Translations under genes and position numbers: made by a program
Source of the DNA: Ascidiella aspersa
Taxonomy: Eukaryota
Direction: 5' to 3'
Assembly: GCA_963924565.1 (NCBI GenBank)
Contig: OZ004609.1
Span: forward strand, 27,714,001-27,778,000
DNA length: 64,000 nucleotides
Shown: positions 37,601-51,610 of the stretch, in pieces
Position numbering within the stretch: position 1 is the first letter of the stretch
Layout: every line of letters begins with the position of its first letter
Notes under the pieces: model-generated
What the model was told of the DNA's origin: nothing
The model's input: only the letters and a program-made list of their open reading frames with translations
Database searches by the model: none

Positions 37601-40600
37601 GGTTATGTTTGATGATTTTTCTTATGTATTTTCGGAACGGGTAGCATATTACGGAATTGAACAGATTTATCAGTATTTTTTAGAAACAACATTTTTTGGG
37701 TAGTGCGGGCACTTTACATTAGGTACGGTAAAGATGCAGTTATCATTGTACCTCTCTATACTTCTCAAAAAGCATACGGAAGAAAAATCCTGTTATGTGC
37801 AAATCAAATGACAAAATGACAGGGTTGCACGATAATATCAGCTCTATTAGACAGGGGTCGAAACCAAATACCAAATCGTATTATCGACGCCGATCTGATA
37901 TATAATTAGGGTGGAAATTTAAACACAGGCAAGAGATCCAACGAAATGATTTTTATCTGCAGAATATATTTGATCTTAAATTTGCAAGTTTACAATATAT
38001 ATAATTAGTGCGAAGTTTGACAATTTCTTAGAGTTAACATTAAAACTCTATACCAAAATATACATTGACTTGGTTCAACACATTTAAGTATTGTGTTTCT
38101 TGTCATAAGATGATGTTGGCCATCGGGTTGAATAGCTACATAAAAAGCATATACGAATGAACGGGTTAATCAAACGTTTTTATAAAAAGCTCCTTAATAC
38201 TGTAAATACCTGGATGTTCAGTTTGTATAATTGCCATGGCATTACCGTAAACACACAAAGCAAGTCCGGTATCTTAGCAAAGATCGATCCCAAAGGTACA
38301 GCAGAAGACACTTGTTCGAAAATTTCATTAATAAAATATGAGACGACCGTTGTTGTTGCGCGATTCTCGTTAGCGTAAAAGGAAAAGGGGGTAGTTTGGG
38401 ATTAGAACTAACAATCGAAAAGGCTATATACTGCACTATTATTAGAAGGTATAAAAAGCTGATGTTAAAGATAAATGGTAAAACACGAATTTTTGTGGTA
38501 TGTATTATTAAAGCCTCGCACCGCTTCGAACAAAAATCAGTTAGCAAGGCCAAGAACTTTCAATGTAAATATGCATTTCGCCATGTAAATAAATGGCATC
38601 ATCAGTTTATCTGTACAAGTAAATAAATAGAAAAAAATATTAAAATAATAAAATGTAAAATAAATAAATAAAAAATGCATTCAAAACTGACATGGACAGA
38701 GACAAGGTGCGTTTTACGCCAGCCACTAAAGTATAAAAAATGAGAATCATAATACGTGAAGCGGCCGCTCTCATGCATTACTAAACTATAAGTAAGTTCG
38801 GAAATAAGAAAACGTCTTGTTAAGTATAAAACAAGTTAGCGACCTGATTTGTAAAGTTAACTGGGATACTGGGATACCGATTTTTCAACATTTCTAAAAC
38901 GAGCAATATGTATGGTACACACGTTCACGTTATGTTGTATCCGCGTTCTATTTTTTTTGGTTTGCTTTCAGGTGAAGCATATAGGATCAAAACAAAAATT
39001 GTGCAGTTGAGGTTTTTACCACAGACAAAGATTAATTTATAGTCAAATACTGATGCCATTTTAACGCTTTAAACTAAGCCCGAAAACAAAAGACCTAAAT
39101 CCTACTGTAAAACTTAGCCCCAGTGTGTCCGTCTAAAAGGGACCAAGGTAAATATCATTCTTGGAATAAAAGAAAACGAACGATGGCGTAATCCTAAGTG
39201 TGTTTAAGAACCGCACAAAAACGTCCGCCCCTGAGATTTAAAAATGCGATTCCTCAGAGTCGTTTCGCACCACACCGGAAAGGCCAGTTTACGCCCGAAG
39301 TTGGAATGCACGCCGCTGCACTCTTTTCAAACGGTGGCGGCCCTTGGCAAATATTAGCCGAGCAGAGTTGAGCGGGGTTTGGAGCGAAAGTGACACGGTT
39401 GTGCGTCCGGTCGACGCAAAGCCCACCGAACCAATATCCAGGCGAAATGATGCGCGGCAAATTCGATGCGAAAACCGTAAAATCCGGCATCACCTGCAGC
39501 TGCAGCCTTGGTTCACCACGCAACAAACGTTACTTATTTTTTGCTTAAAAGTTTCGTCTTTAACATTGATCCTCAGCATATTATAAAAACATTCATTTTT
39601 GACATATTACATGAGTGTTTCTTAATCAGGTGAATGGTTCACCCCAGGGTGAATAAATTTTTATCAGGGGTGAACCAACCAAAAGGGGTGAACAAAGGTG
39701 AACCGTCAGAAATGGATAATAGCTTGCGAGCAGGGCAGATATTCCGGGTGTTCAACCTGTTCAGTGAACAGGTGAGAATTTCCAAAATCATATCATGAGA
39801 CAAGGGTGAATGAAATCTGGAGAGATGCTAGGGGTGAACAAAACTAAAAAAGTTTAAGAAGCACTGTATTAAATGACAGTTGATTTCTGAACACATATCT
39901 GGTTTTTTTTAATTCGGGAATGAATCAAGGTACGTTGAAGTTAAACTGATGCAAACATAGCTCTGCGTATTTAGAAACATAATTTCAGGTTTTCATTCAA
40001 GGAAAGGCCCTTGTTTAAAGAAGTGTGTGGGAAAATATCTTTACTCGTCTTTGTCTAGGAGTATTTGTTTTTCGGGGCCGGCTGTGTGATAGTAGTACCG
40101 TTCCCATGTTATTTATTAACTTATACAAGGTTTTGTTTTTATGTTGTTTGTACATCGTGTAACCTTGACACTAATAACAACCCGAACACAAAATAGAAAC
40201 AAGCCTTTTCACCAACTAATCAGAAGAAGCGTGTTGTCGCGTTTTGGTCTTTTGATAAACCCCAACGGTTCGTGACGTGTCATTTAATTCATAAAAACAC
40301 AAATGACGACTGTGTGTGCAGATAAATGTTAAATCAACATACAAGGGAGTTTAATCCTGTAAAGTTCCGGATCGAATTTGCACAAACCTATTGTATCAAA
40401 GCGCAGTGAAAAGAAACAACCACTTTCAGACTTGTTCAAGAAACGACGAAACCGACCTTAACAAAATACATTTGACCAAAGTAAGCTTTACAAACGTCGC
40501 GACGGTGTCAAAAGAAAACAGGTTTGGCTCTGAGCATAAGTAGGAAAAAAATGCAATGGACAAAAAGTGTGTCGACTATCAAGCGCTGTTTATTCCCTTT

Positions 40601-43600
40601 CGCCGAGTAATGTTTTACGAAATTTAGCCAGCCAGGCCTTTCAACACGCAATCGGAACAAAACCGCTTGGATGTTTCCGCTTAAGCTCGGTGCCTGCTGC
40701 AAAAGGAGTTGCCTGCTTCGTAAAAGGCAAACGTGTAATCGAGGAAGCTGTTGAGGCTGACGCGTGTGCCGATAAACAGGGGAAGGGGAGAGTTTCAAGG
40801 GAAGTTAAATGGCCCAGGGCTGGGACGGCTATACACAGACCAGATTACATGTCATTTGTCCGCAGAGCGCTCGCCTTTACAAAAAGTAGAGTTCCGTATG
40901 TAAATATTGGTACAAAACACTGCCAATTTATAATTCATCGACAAGTAAAAAAAACAACAAGCCTCTTTTCTTTGGGCTTTGTGTTTGCCTTCTTATAAAT
41001 CTAATTACGAGTTTACTAAGATGATGACAGCGCTCGTCAGAAGCTCAAATACGAGTGTCAGCCATTTTATGATTCGATCGATTGATACAATTACCGGAAG
41101 CTTTCAATCAAAATTTACATAAATAGATTACGCAAATGGACAAAACGCGGACATGGCCTCACGCGCGGGTTTTAACACTAAATTCTGTTTTTTGTATACC
41201 ATATATTTTTGGGTGGCCGCGTTCCACGTTCAAGTAAACCGCACTGTTCGAGCGGTTTCTGTTTATTGTCCCGTTGAACAGCGAAATAAGGGACACACGT
41301 TGTGCCTGAAAGAGCTGCAAGACCACACCATACAGATCTATGCACTCGCCAAATGTGTAGAGCCGCGTCTTGTTAAAATCCAACTGAACACAACTGCACC
41401 AAACTCACCACTTCTTGGTTGATGATCTCCTCGAACTTGCGAGCAAAGAACACGGGTCTGGTGGTCTGCAGTCGGCCAAGGTCGGATGGGAAGAAGTCGT
41501 TGGGTGAGCAGCCACACCAGTCCACGATGTGCTGAAGTATTGAAAAAATATTACGATGTTTCGCTAAAGTTCTACGCTCATTTGGTTTCGGCGGTTTAGG
41601 CTTAATAGGCGTTTTATCGTGTTCGCATAAAGCTATTTAATGATTAAATGTTCTGCAACGGTTTGCGAAAATATATATGTACGCCTTTTTGATGTGTTTT
41701 GGCTCTTGCTGCAGAATCTTCATGATGGGCACTAATGTTGTTGTTTGTTTGTTACAATTTTAGACTTGAATGAAAAACAACAAAAAATCAGAGGTTCAAG
41801 TTGCCGACGAAAATTTGTGAAATAAACGAAAAGAAAGCAGTATACGCCAACTATAGTAACAAGCACCCTGAATGCCTAACACACTTACCTTGTACTGGCA
41901 CTTGCAGCCTCTGGCCCGGTTCCAGTTGGTGACGCGCAGGTTGTTGTCCACGAAGGTTTCACACTGATCACTGTTCTGCACCAGGGTGTGAAAAAACGAC
42001 TCGGCAGGGAGCAGCGTGTACTTGTACCTGCGAACACGCAACGGCATTGGAAAATTAGACCTCTTTACAATAGGTTAGGAATTATAAAGTCCACAAGTGT
42101 GGCTTGTAATGTTCAGAGTCTAATTTTAAATATTTTAGGATGTACAACTTGGCTGAAGCACATCGAATATTTACTTACATTTCATATGTTTTTGAAACGG
42201 AAAATGATTTTTTACCCGTTAAATCGAACAGTAAATCTACCGAGAATTGGGAAACAACTCATGCTAGCTAGCTTACACTCTTTAGCAGTATGTAGAACAC
42301 GGATTCATTTTTAAAATGTGCAAACAACTGCTAGTAGGTAAGCTGAAGAATATTGTTTTGAGGAGGGTAGTATCTCTCACAGTTTTTCTTTCTTTAAAAC
42401 AAGATTAAGTTGAGCGGGCATCCATCAAAAAAAAGTATTTAAAAAAATATTTGTCTCAAGTTTCATAAGATTACAAAATTAAGTAAACGAGTTACAAAAT
42501 TGACGTCATAGGTACGTAATAAGGTGGGGCGACAAGGGAGGTCAACGCATCTTTATTTTTTCCATTTGTTTCAGTCACTCGTGATAAACAAACGTTGGCA
42601 CAGACACACCTGAAACTTAAATGGTTCATATACGATTCCGACAGTGTTACGTACTGATACGCAATTGCACCAGAGCCTCCTTCCTGTTTGCATCTTGGTT
42701 TTATTTTAAGCCCAGTATTGAATTCAGTCCGCAACATACAGCGGGCTTTTAATACGATTAGGTCGTTTTCTGTTGCGTGTCGCGGTTCCCCTTAAAAGTC
42801 GATGGCAATTAGGGGAAGATGCGAAAAGGATTTCGATGTAAAACAAGCCAAAATTTTACGTACAACGAAATATGCGACTTTAGGGGAGCCATGGGAGTCC
42901 TTAATTAATGTTATCAATGTATTAAAAACACGCTCTGTATTCGTTCCTTTTGTAGCACATTCTGTCCAGCGTACAGAACAGTACCCGCTTCAATGTTAAA
43001 TTAGGCTACACCTGGCCGCGAAAAAAATGGTCAGTTTATATAACCAAAAACTCAGGCTTTTATTGCAATTACGATTTTTACCCTTTTCACACGCACGATA
43101 AAAGCAACCAACTTTTATTTCCATCCTAGATTTGCTTTTATACCACCGATTAAAAAAAGTAGCCGTATCAAACTCTTTAACATTCCAACTATTGTCGAAA
43201 TGGTGAAAGTCGAGGAAATCGATAAACCGCTTTGTTGAAGAAATGCTACAGTCTGTAGTTCGTATTGTAGAAAACACAGGGTCATTTTTATCGTACACAT
43301 AAATATTGCAGGGCGAGTAAACTTAAGTCCATTGTTCAATGTATCTACTGGAACTATCACCATTTCTGTGTTTACGGGCTACTATTGTAATTTAAACAGG
43401 TCCTTGTTAAAACCATATGCTTCAAATGTAACCATAAAGTAGTTTCAATGACGTTTTGCATATGCTTTGCCAGTCAACCTTACATTGCATACCAATTGGC
43501 GACAATACACTGAAGGGCTTTGGTTAAACCGTAGCTATGCAGCCAAAACATATGTCAACAGCAAATCTGTCAGTCAATGGGTTTGGCGATTACTAAGTTG

Positions 43601-46600
43601 TTTCAAGTGTACCGAAATATATATAAAATACTTTGTATTTCAATTTTTGCTATGTTTTAAGCTTCTTTAACCTCGGTACAAGTATTTGTATACGATTGGA
43701 GTAAAACAAATCAAAAAAATACTAGTAAGAATGTCGCAAACCATTTATATTTTATTTGGAGTGCCTTAAGCCAAACGATGGGAAACAACTGGGTAACTAC
43801 TGTGAAACGCTGGGGGTGAATTTTTGATCAAGACGCAGGCGACTGCAACATATAAACAACTTACACAGATTTATAAAGGGTGTACTTACCAGAGTTTCAG
43901 GTCGGAAAGCAGCTGGTCTTTGCCCTTGATGACGTATTCGCAAAGACGCCGGTTGAGAGCCACCCAGTCGCTTCCGCCGTTTACTGTGATTCCTGCAAAC
44001 GAGTTGAAAACATTATGCTTAAACATTGCAAAACAACTCTGCCGCGAGTTTTTTTTACAACTTTAATTTTTTTTAAGCTTCGCTGAGCATACGGCAGTCA
44101 AATCGCCTTACACGACAACAGTGTTCGAAATTCACGCCGTCTTCGCGTTACATTTAGCGTATATTTCTACACATGCGATGGGGAACTAGTTTATTGCTTA
44201 GCAAAGCTTAAATAATAACGACTCATGAAAGGAGCTGCTATTACACTGCTGTACCGCATTATATTAATAGGATTAGTTATTAGAACCAAATTCAAAGACT
44301 GTTATAGTATTAACATGGTTCTATAAGAAACTTCGAATTTCCAATGAATTTTTGTTTTCTTTAGTTTAGGTCAACTCATCGGGACATGTCAGTAGCCGAC
44401 TCCATTTTACACACTAGAAAATTTTCAAGGCAAATAAACCGCATGTGGGCAAATTAAACTACAACATACCACCACACTCACATGCAATACAACAGATTAG
44501 ATGCCTTTAGTGCCTTTAGATTACAAGAACACAATATTAACCCCGTGACGTTTTGCAGTTAGTTACGCGTTTCGTCATTTCGCGTGGCACCATCATTCTA
44601 TCTATTAATACAAACGATTAAAATTTAATTATGGCCAAATCGAATTATACAGCTGACCCGCTTAGCTTGTACGACAAAAGTGATTACCAAAGGGCAAACA
44701 GTTTAACGGTATTATCGTTTCTATTGAATATTCGTTGATAACATCTGTTTTGTGTGCGGTTTTGTGATCAACCACAGGCTAAAACGAAAACACAGTTCAA
44801 TTTGGGATATTCTTTGTCAAATTCCCTGTCAATAATCACCCAAGAAGCCAGTCTTGTCCTACGGCCCTCAAGTTTCTGGCCAGCAACCTGGAAACCCCGT
44901 TTGGCTTTTTCCCCAGAGCACACTGTTTAAAGCGAACGGAAAAAAAAAGCCGGAAATAAGGGCGGTTTCTGATTATTTAGCGAAATATGCTATCCTGGAA
45001 AAAATTGATGCTGGATATAGCTTCTGTAAGGTTTTTAGCAGAGTGTTGGATTGCTATAGGTTTGAACAAAATCTCATGTGTTTAACCAGCAACTCGGAGA
45101 TATGTTCATAGGTTTTTTTCCGCAGTTGTAATAGGATACGCCGAAAGCAAAAGCAGTTGATAGGCAAGTATACAGTGTATACTATACACACATTCTTACC
45201 TTCGGGAAGTTCCCGTTCGCCCAAGCGCCACATGTGTTGGTCACATTCCACAAACACTCGGTTGAGGCCCTACAATAATAAATAAACAAACACCTCTGTT
45301 AACAATTGCGTTAAATTTTAACAGTCAACGAGTAATTGAGCAAGCCTTTTAAGAACAAACAATATTTTTCAGTTCTTTAAAACAGTGTTTACGAAAGTAC
45401 TAGGAAAATAAGGCGAAGGGAAATCATTCATAACTTCGTTTTTATAATTCTGTATGTGGCTTTAATGTTCAAAAAGAGTGGCGACCTGGACAACGCATGT
45501 ATATCATCTAGTACTATATAAATTTAAACTAAAAACGATCAACTGCTTACTTTTTTCGGCCTTACATAGAACCTAAAACTGTAATCGTTTTGCGCAACAG
45601 GATTTGCTCGGCATTTTATCTATTAGACACTTTTTTAAATTACGTAGCCTAGGGGTTGGGCAACCTGTTAGACGCCAGTTAACGACAGTGATTTTATCTA
45701 TTTGTAAGATTCAGAAACGAGACTCACGCCTAGATAATACACAAATCGGTAGGCGCACAAAAACGCATCCATCATTTTTTGCGGCACCTTTTCGTACTAC
45801 AGTCGCGTGTCCGCGTCATACGGCCCTTGACATTTCATTGGGCGACTCGTTATTTGCTAGTGCTCCAAAAGCGATGAAGCATCCTCAAAGCGCAGGACCC
45901 TTTCAAACGATTGCAATTGACTTGGGCGCAAAACGTTCGGGCCAGTGTCAATTTACGCCCTCGCCAGCGCGCCGTAAGTTTATGCGGCCGCTCAAACGAC
46001 TTCGATTATTTCCGTTGTTATAACCGGTTTTGCAAAGGCGAAATCGTGGCGGGGGGAGTGCAAATTGGCCTGGTACGATGACAAATAGAAAGTTCGACTA
46101 TAGGATCACGTTTCGGGAATATACGCACAGCATCATGTTTTTTTTGCTATTTACTTAACCTAAGAAATCTGCCTTTTTGCAGTTTCAAAACACTTGATCA
46201 CCAATAACCAAAAGTGGTAACATTATTTTTCTTTAAAGGGCGGTTTCTGAAGATTGCTTTTTGAAAATCCACCTACATTTGCACTTTCCATAAATTAATT
46301 CGACCGCTAACGACCAAGTCTGTAGTAATTTTTCGCAAAATAAAGCATGAGGTCTTATCCACAGATTAGTCCAAAGTAAATGTGTATCTGGTGTTGACTG
46401 ATTCTAATATATGTGCAACGTTCCCAGTGTCGCATAACCCTATACACCGAGTTTGCGTTGACATAAATTCCAAAGCTGTTGTTTAGACCAACGTGACACA
46501 CAAAAGCCTAAGTCGGTGCCGCGCCATTGCCTATAAAAAAGCGTGCAACAATACCAGCCGACTTCATAACATAAATCTCCGCCAAACGAGGCACGCACTA

Positions 46601-49600
46601 AGGCGGGGATAAAACGACTACCGGCTCGAGCAAATACACTTTCGGCCTGAATAAACACCCGAAAGGCGCGAGCTTGCGTGGTATGGGCGGACAAATTGCG
46701 TGCGTGCATAGGACTAAAATGAGCGGTAGTTGAACTTGAAGAGCTTACCTGCTTTTTGATGAACTTATCGTCGTCCCGCCCGTGCGACTTCATGAAGTTC
46801 TTGTCGCGGTAGGTTGCCAGGAAGTTGATCTGTTTGGGGAAAGGGAGACGACATTAGGCAAAAACGAGGCACGGGTATTAAAAATTGCAAGTGGCTGCTA
46901 TGGCTTAAGCGTGTTTTTCCTACTTTAGTAATCATTTTTAAATATCACGTAGCTTTTTCAAACTAAGCGGGCTGGTGGATACTTGTTTAACGAGCAAGTG
47001 TAAATATGTTGGGAAGTGCTTGTAAAACACACAATGTTGCATTCACAGCAAAGTCAAAATTGGAATTATGCTGTTTGGCACCACGAATTCTATAACTGGT
47101 GTCAGATTGAGTCGTTAAAAACACGTACAAATGACAATTTAAAACAGTTAGGTGCGACCAAATCTGTCAAACAACCGCACAAAAGGATTTGAGGAAATAA
47201 TTGTCGGGGCACCAGGGAACCTAACATCGCACCACCTACATCCTTCCGTTCATTAACCATGTCGCTCGCATTCTTTCTTTGGTGACTCAAACTGCATCAG
47301 TAACATTTGTTCTTTGAGGGGTGGAAATTACATCGGCATATAGCGGAGAAGTTAAGCGCGAAACATTAAAGTTATTGCGGGTTGCAAAAGCTGGCGGATT
47401 AAGGTCACCATAAGGGCGCGAGGCGGTCTTGGGCGAAATTACGGGGTTGCGCGAACTGTACAGCGGTCGACTAAAAAGTGGTTGTGATTATGACACTTAG
47501 GTGCCAGACGCAAAACTGTCAATCACCGCGCACATTTAAAAAATTACAACCGCGAATTAAACAGCACGTAAATCCATTTTTTCGTCTTTTCAAATGCGAC
47601 ACCGTAAGCAGTTATTGTTTTTTTGTAAAACACTGGACTTACACTTACAAGCCAACTTTGATTATCTTTTGTAAACAGTGCGTTATGCCCATTAAAACCA
47701 GGTTTTAAAAATAAAACGCTTTTTTATAGATCGCAACGTATGCACAAATATTTTCCAAACGACGTTTTCGTTTTAAAAGAATAATGGAAACCATTGTACT
47801 TTAAAGCAGTTCAATGGGTGATTGGAACCCTGAATGACAGCAAAATTTTACTAAAAGTATTTTCTGCGCGACGAATATGCGTCACGTTGAAACGATTGTT
47901 ACCTTTGCAAAAACATCACGAAAATCACAAGTGTCAATCGCAGAGGGGCCGTTTACGACACTTTGTCCACTGCCGCTCAGATATATCATTATAACACAGC
48001 GGCAGTGGACAAAGGCGTTTCATAAATGTTATGACAACTGAACGGAACATTATCCCCTACGGTCTAGACCTCTTCCTTTGTTGTTTTTTCGCCCGAGTGT
48101 TTGGAAGGAAAAGTTTGACTCTACTAAAATGACGACGCCATTGTGTGGCGGTTATGCGATATGATCAATTACGCTTCAGGCACGCTTCTTTCCTCTTACG
48201 ATGGAATACTTTTGGGAACACAATGGAAAAATCTCGCGGCTTAAAACTCCATTTATCAAGTCGTCATGCTTACAGAGAGGGTATTTCAAAGCCATTATTC
48301 AAAAAACATTAGGCGTTCTGAATAGAGCTATATAAACATACTATAAATAGATCTAGTCGCTTGTAATTTACGGATGTGAAACTATCAATCAACTAATAAG
48401 CATTGTAGCAATTAGTGCTGATCCTGCACTAATCTGTACAAATAGTGGGAACAAAGCACTCACCAGCTTTTCGTCACTTTCAATCGGAAAATCCAAGGCG
48501 CTGAGGTTAATGAAGAAGTCCCAGCCATGCCAGAGACGGAGGACGTCGGACATGGAGCGCAGAAGCATCTGCAAGAGACTGGATCCTCCCCAGATGGTGG
48601 CCATCCTCCAAGGAGCCACGGCCACATTGGAATACTGCTTAATTTCTTTCTTTATTTCTCTGTTTACAAAGAAAATAAATTTGAACGTATTTTCAAATTA
48701 AAATGATACATGACGCATATTCGCGAACGTTTTCTTTATGTTTTGCATTTTGACAAAAATCATAGACTTAAGTAAACCACGGAAAAAATAAATCAATACA
48801 AAACAGAAAAACACTCATTTGCCTGGTTTTACAAACACTCCACTTCTTTACCTCAGTAAGTAGTCCGAGCGCTTGTCCACATGAATGTAATAGAAATGGT
48901 TGCGATGATAAATGACCTTTAATAATCTTTTGAATTGCCTGAAAGCACGCCCGTGCACAACAAGCATGTAGCAGATTCGGACAGGCTTTAACCTATCATC
49001 CATTTGAGGCATTGGCGCATCATTAGTGTACTTGCCCGTATGAGCACAATATCTAAAATATAGGTTTTCATTCCTAACTTGAGCCATTTAATAATCATGC
49101 ATCAAACATAATCAAGTTAAAACTACCCAACATATTCACCTGTCACCAAGGCAAGTTAATGCAAACAAAACTGAATAAATTATACAAACAATTTATAAAT
49201 TATAAAAGAAGTATGAACATAGAAAAACATTGACATTTCAACTAAATAAAAAATTACACCATACCAATGTGTTTTTTGAGTAAATATAAATGACATGTGT
49301 CGACTATACTCAAGTAAGTCACAGTACTGCAGTCTAAGGAAGTTTCTATTTTACCTCGGCATGGTCTTGGGCAGCAGAGCGAGGTCTTGGTGTTTGCATG
49401 CAGTGTCTGCGATTTCCTGTTTGCACGCATCTGAGGTGGCACGAGAAATGGCAGACTGGGCATCCTTGTGAGTCACTTCACACCTGTTTAAAATAAACGG
49501 TTGTATGGAAATTTAGACACTATATCAGGGGTGTGCAATCTATAAAAATCCGGCCCGCCAACGCTAATCACCCGACTCATGATCTATTTTACAAACTGGG

Positions 49601-51610
49601 CACGAGTTCATTTTCCATATTTTTTGGCTAGTTCAACTAAATAAGAGCAACATTTTTTTATGCTTTACACCCATCTTGTTCCTGCAAAGAGTGTAACATG
49701 TAGTTGGACCCCTTTTTAATTACAAAATACCCTAGGTTTACCTCTGATTAACGGTCGTGGCAGATGTTATAATAAGATGCGTAAAGTCTACAAAATTAAA
49801 ATTAAACGGTTCGAGGCCTTTTTGAGTTTGGCTTTGGCCTGGGACAAGAAAAAGGCTGCCCACCCCTGCTCTATATAAATATTGCATATATATTTGTTCT
49901 GCAGTTAAATGTAATCAGACAAAATTATGTCAACAGCTATACTTAAAATTTGTGTTTTCATTCAATGTTAGGTTGGGAAGAAAACAATTACAATTTGGCA
50001 ACTCTTTTTCACTGTTATGCTGTCCTAATAACACTTCTCACACTAGCTTGCTACAAACTTGTTTTTGATACGCACATGTTTGGCCAGGGAAAAATTGTAT
50101 AATTATATTTGTTGTGTAAGTTCTCAGCAGTGGCTAATTAATGAAATTATCATAGGATGTTTTCATTTTTTGACATGCGTGGCTATTTCATTTGTTTTAA
50201 TGCTAGTTAAGATACCCTAATACTAGTACTTCTGATAAATAGAAACTGTTCTGACGTTGAATAGAATTAATTGATTTACTTAAATATGGAATAGGCTTAC
50301 TTTGGCATAAATATAATGCTCTTTGTTTTTTCATCTTCCTCAAAATGAACTGCTTCATGCATGTTTACTTTGGATTGGTTGAAATTGCCAGCGGCAATAA
50401 CTTCCTGCAATAATAATATTTGCTTTATGGTATGGATAACACAAACTGCAGATGCAGACAGATGTTAACCTCATATAAGTGAAGGTTTCATCAGACATTG
50501 TGTTAAATACCTAATATATAAAAGGAAAAACAACTAGAAAAAATGTATGTAGGATTCAAAACCTAAACAAAAACTATAACCAACATCTACCACAACTACA
50601 AAATTAGCTACTAAAATCTAATCAAATATTTATATTTAATATTTTAGTTGCATTGACTAAAATATTACTTTATCAGCTGGGTCTTCTAAAATTCCAACAT
50701 TTTTTCCAGCATGTTGAAGAAACTGCTCTCGGAATCGTGGATCTTTCGGATTGAATAGATCCACATTCTTATCAAACTGGGCTAAATGTGAGCGCTCCCC
50801 TTGCAGCATTGCTTTTGCTAACTACAAAATATTTGTTTATCTTAATGACTCATGTGATGTTTTGAACATATTTAATTGTTAAAAGCTAAGTAATTTTGAC
50901 AGCAAATGGAAAAAGTTAAACACTACAGTATGTTGCCAGCAATATAAATGAAACAAGTCGAAAAACAAAATGTTATAAATACATGGACATTTTGTTTAAT
51001 AAGTATAGTTAAACTGCTTGTAAATGTATTGAATTTACATTTAGCATATCAATTTTTGTTGCTATGAATAAATCTAATATTCCGACCAAATATTAAGTTT
51101 TTTAATAACATATTTTTTAAGAAAAATGCCATGTTAAAACCACATCTAAAATATATTACTTGATCATGTTTAATTTTTTGAATTTCGCGGATTCTTCTCA
51201 TTTCCTCTTCTTCTAATAAATTTGGGTTGGACTGCAGTGCAATTAAAGCCTTAAGAAACACCAAAATTTTTAGTTCATTCAGTGACATAAGAAATCAATA
51301 TACAGTAGTAGGGTATGTACTGTGTAAATTGATTTAATTGCTGACACAGGAAAAATCAAACTAATATATATTTAATGTTCAGCTTTAAACAAATAATTAT
51401 TTTTAGTAATAACATTAGTGGGTCGAGAAAATATTACTAAATAAGGCATCTATACAAATTTAAGCACTGAATAATTTATTTGGTAAAAACTAATTTGAAG
51501 AACAGCTTTACCTGTATAAAGAGAAAAAACATCATAATATAAAGACAAAATTTCCATCTTCGAGCCAATCGTTTTAAACTTCTAAGCAGAAACATCTTGG
51601 CAAGATGCAT
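34643..51610 (-). CDS. XYLT: Xylosyltransferase (protein O-xylosyltransferase, GT14), ~884 aa, 15 coding exons
   Basis: Exons 51512-51610, 51160-51249, 50669-50821, 50301-50404, 49355-49483, 48852-49052, 48464-48659, 46749-46829, 45200-45269, 43890-43992, 41889-42027, 41409-41531, 37265-37498, 35836-35964 and 34643-35446 (2655 nt, in frame). Type II TM near the N-terminus. Motifs: [83 protein letters not shown]. Confidence 0.96.
39613..39866. mobile_element. hAT MITE in an XYLT intron
   Basis: AGTGTTTCTTAA ... TTAAGAAGCACTG; TSD TATTACAT/TATTAAAT; repeated GGGTGAA motifs. Confidence 0.75.
47961..48014. repeat. Perfect 17-bp inverted repeat with a 20-nt loop
   Basis: CTTTGTCCACTGCCGCT / AGCGGCAGTGGACAAAG. 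Confidence 0.85.
49526..49868. mobile_element. hAT MITE related to 25741-26467
   Basis: CAGGGGTG ... CACCCCTG; TSD CACTATAT/CTCTATAT; shared internal CACGAGTTCATT. Confidence 0.8.

Noticed and set aside
39254-41422. Nested genes in the large XYLT intron (ORFs 39254-39526, 40567-40998)
   Set aside because: No recognisable domains or consistent splice structure; GC-rich non-coding sequence.
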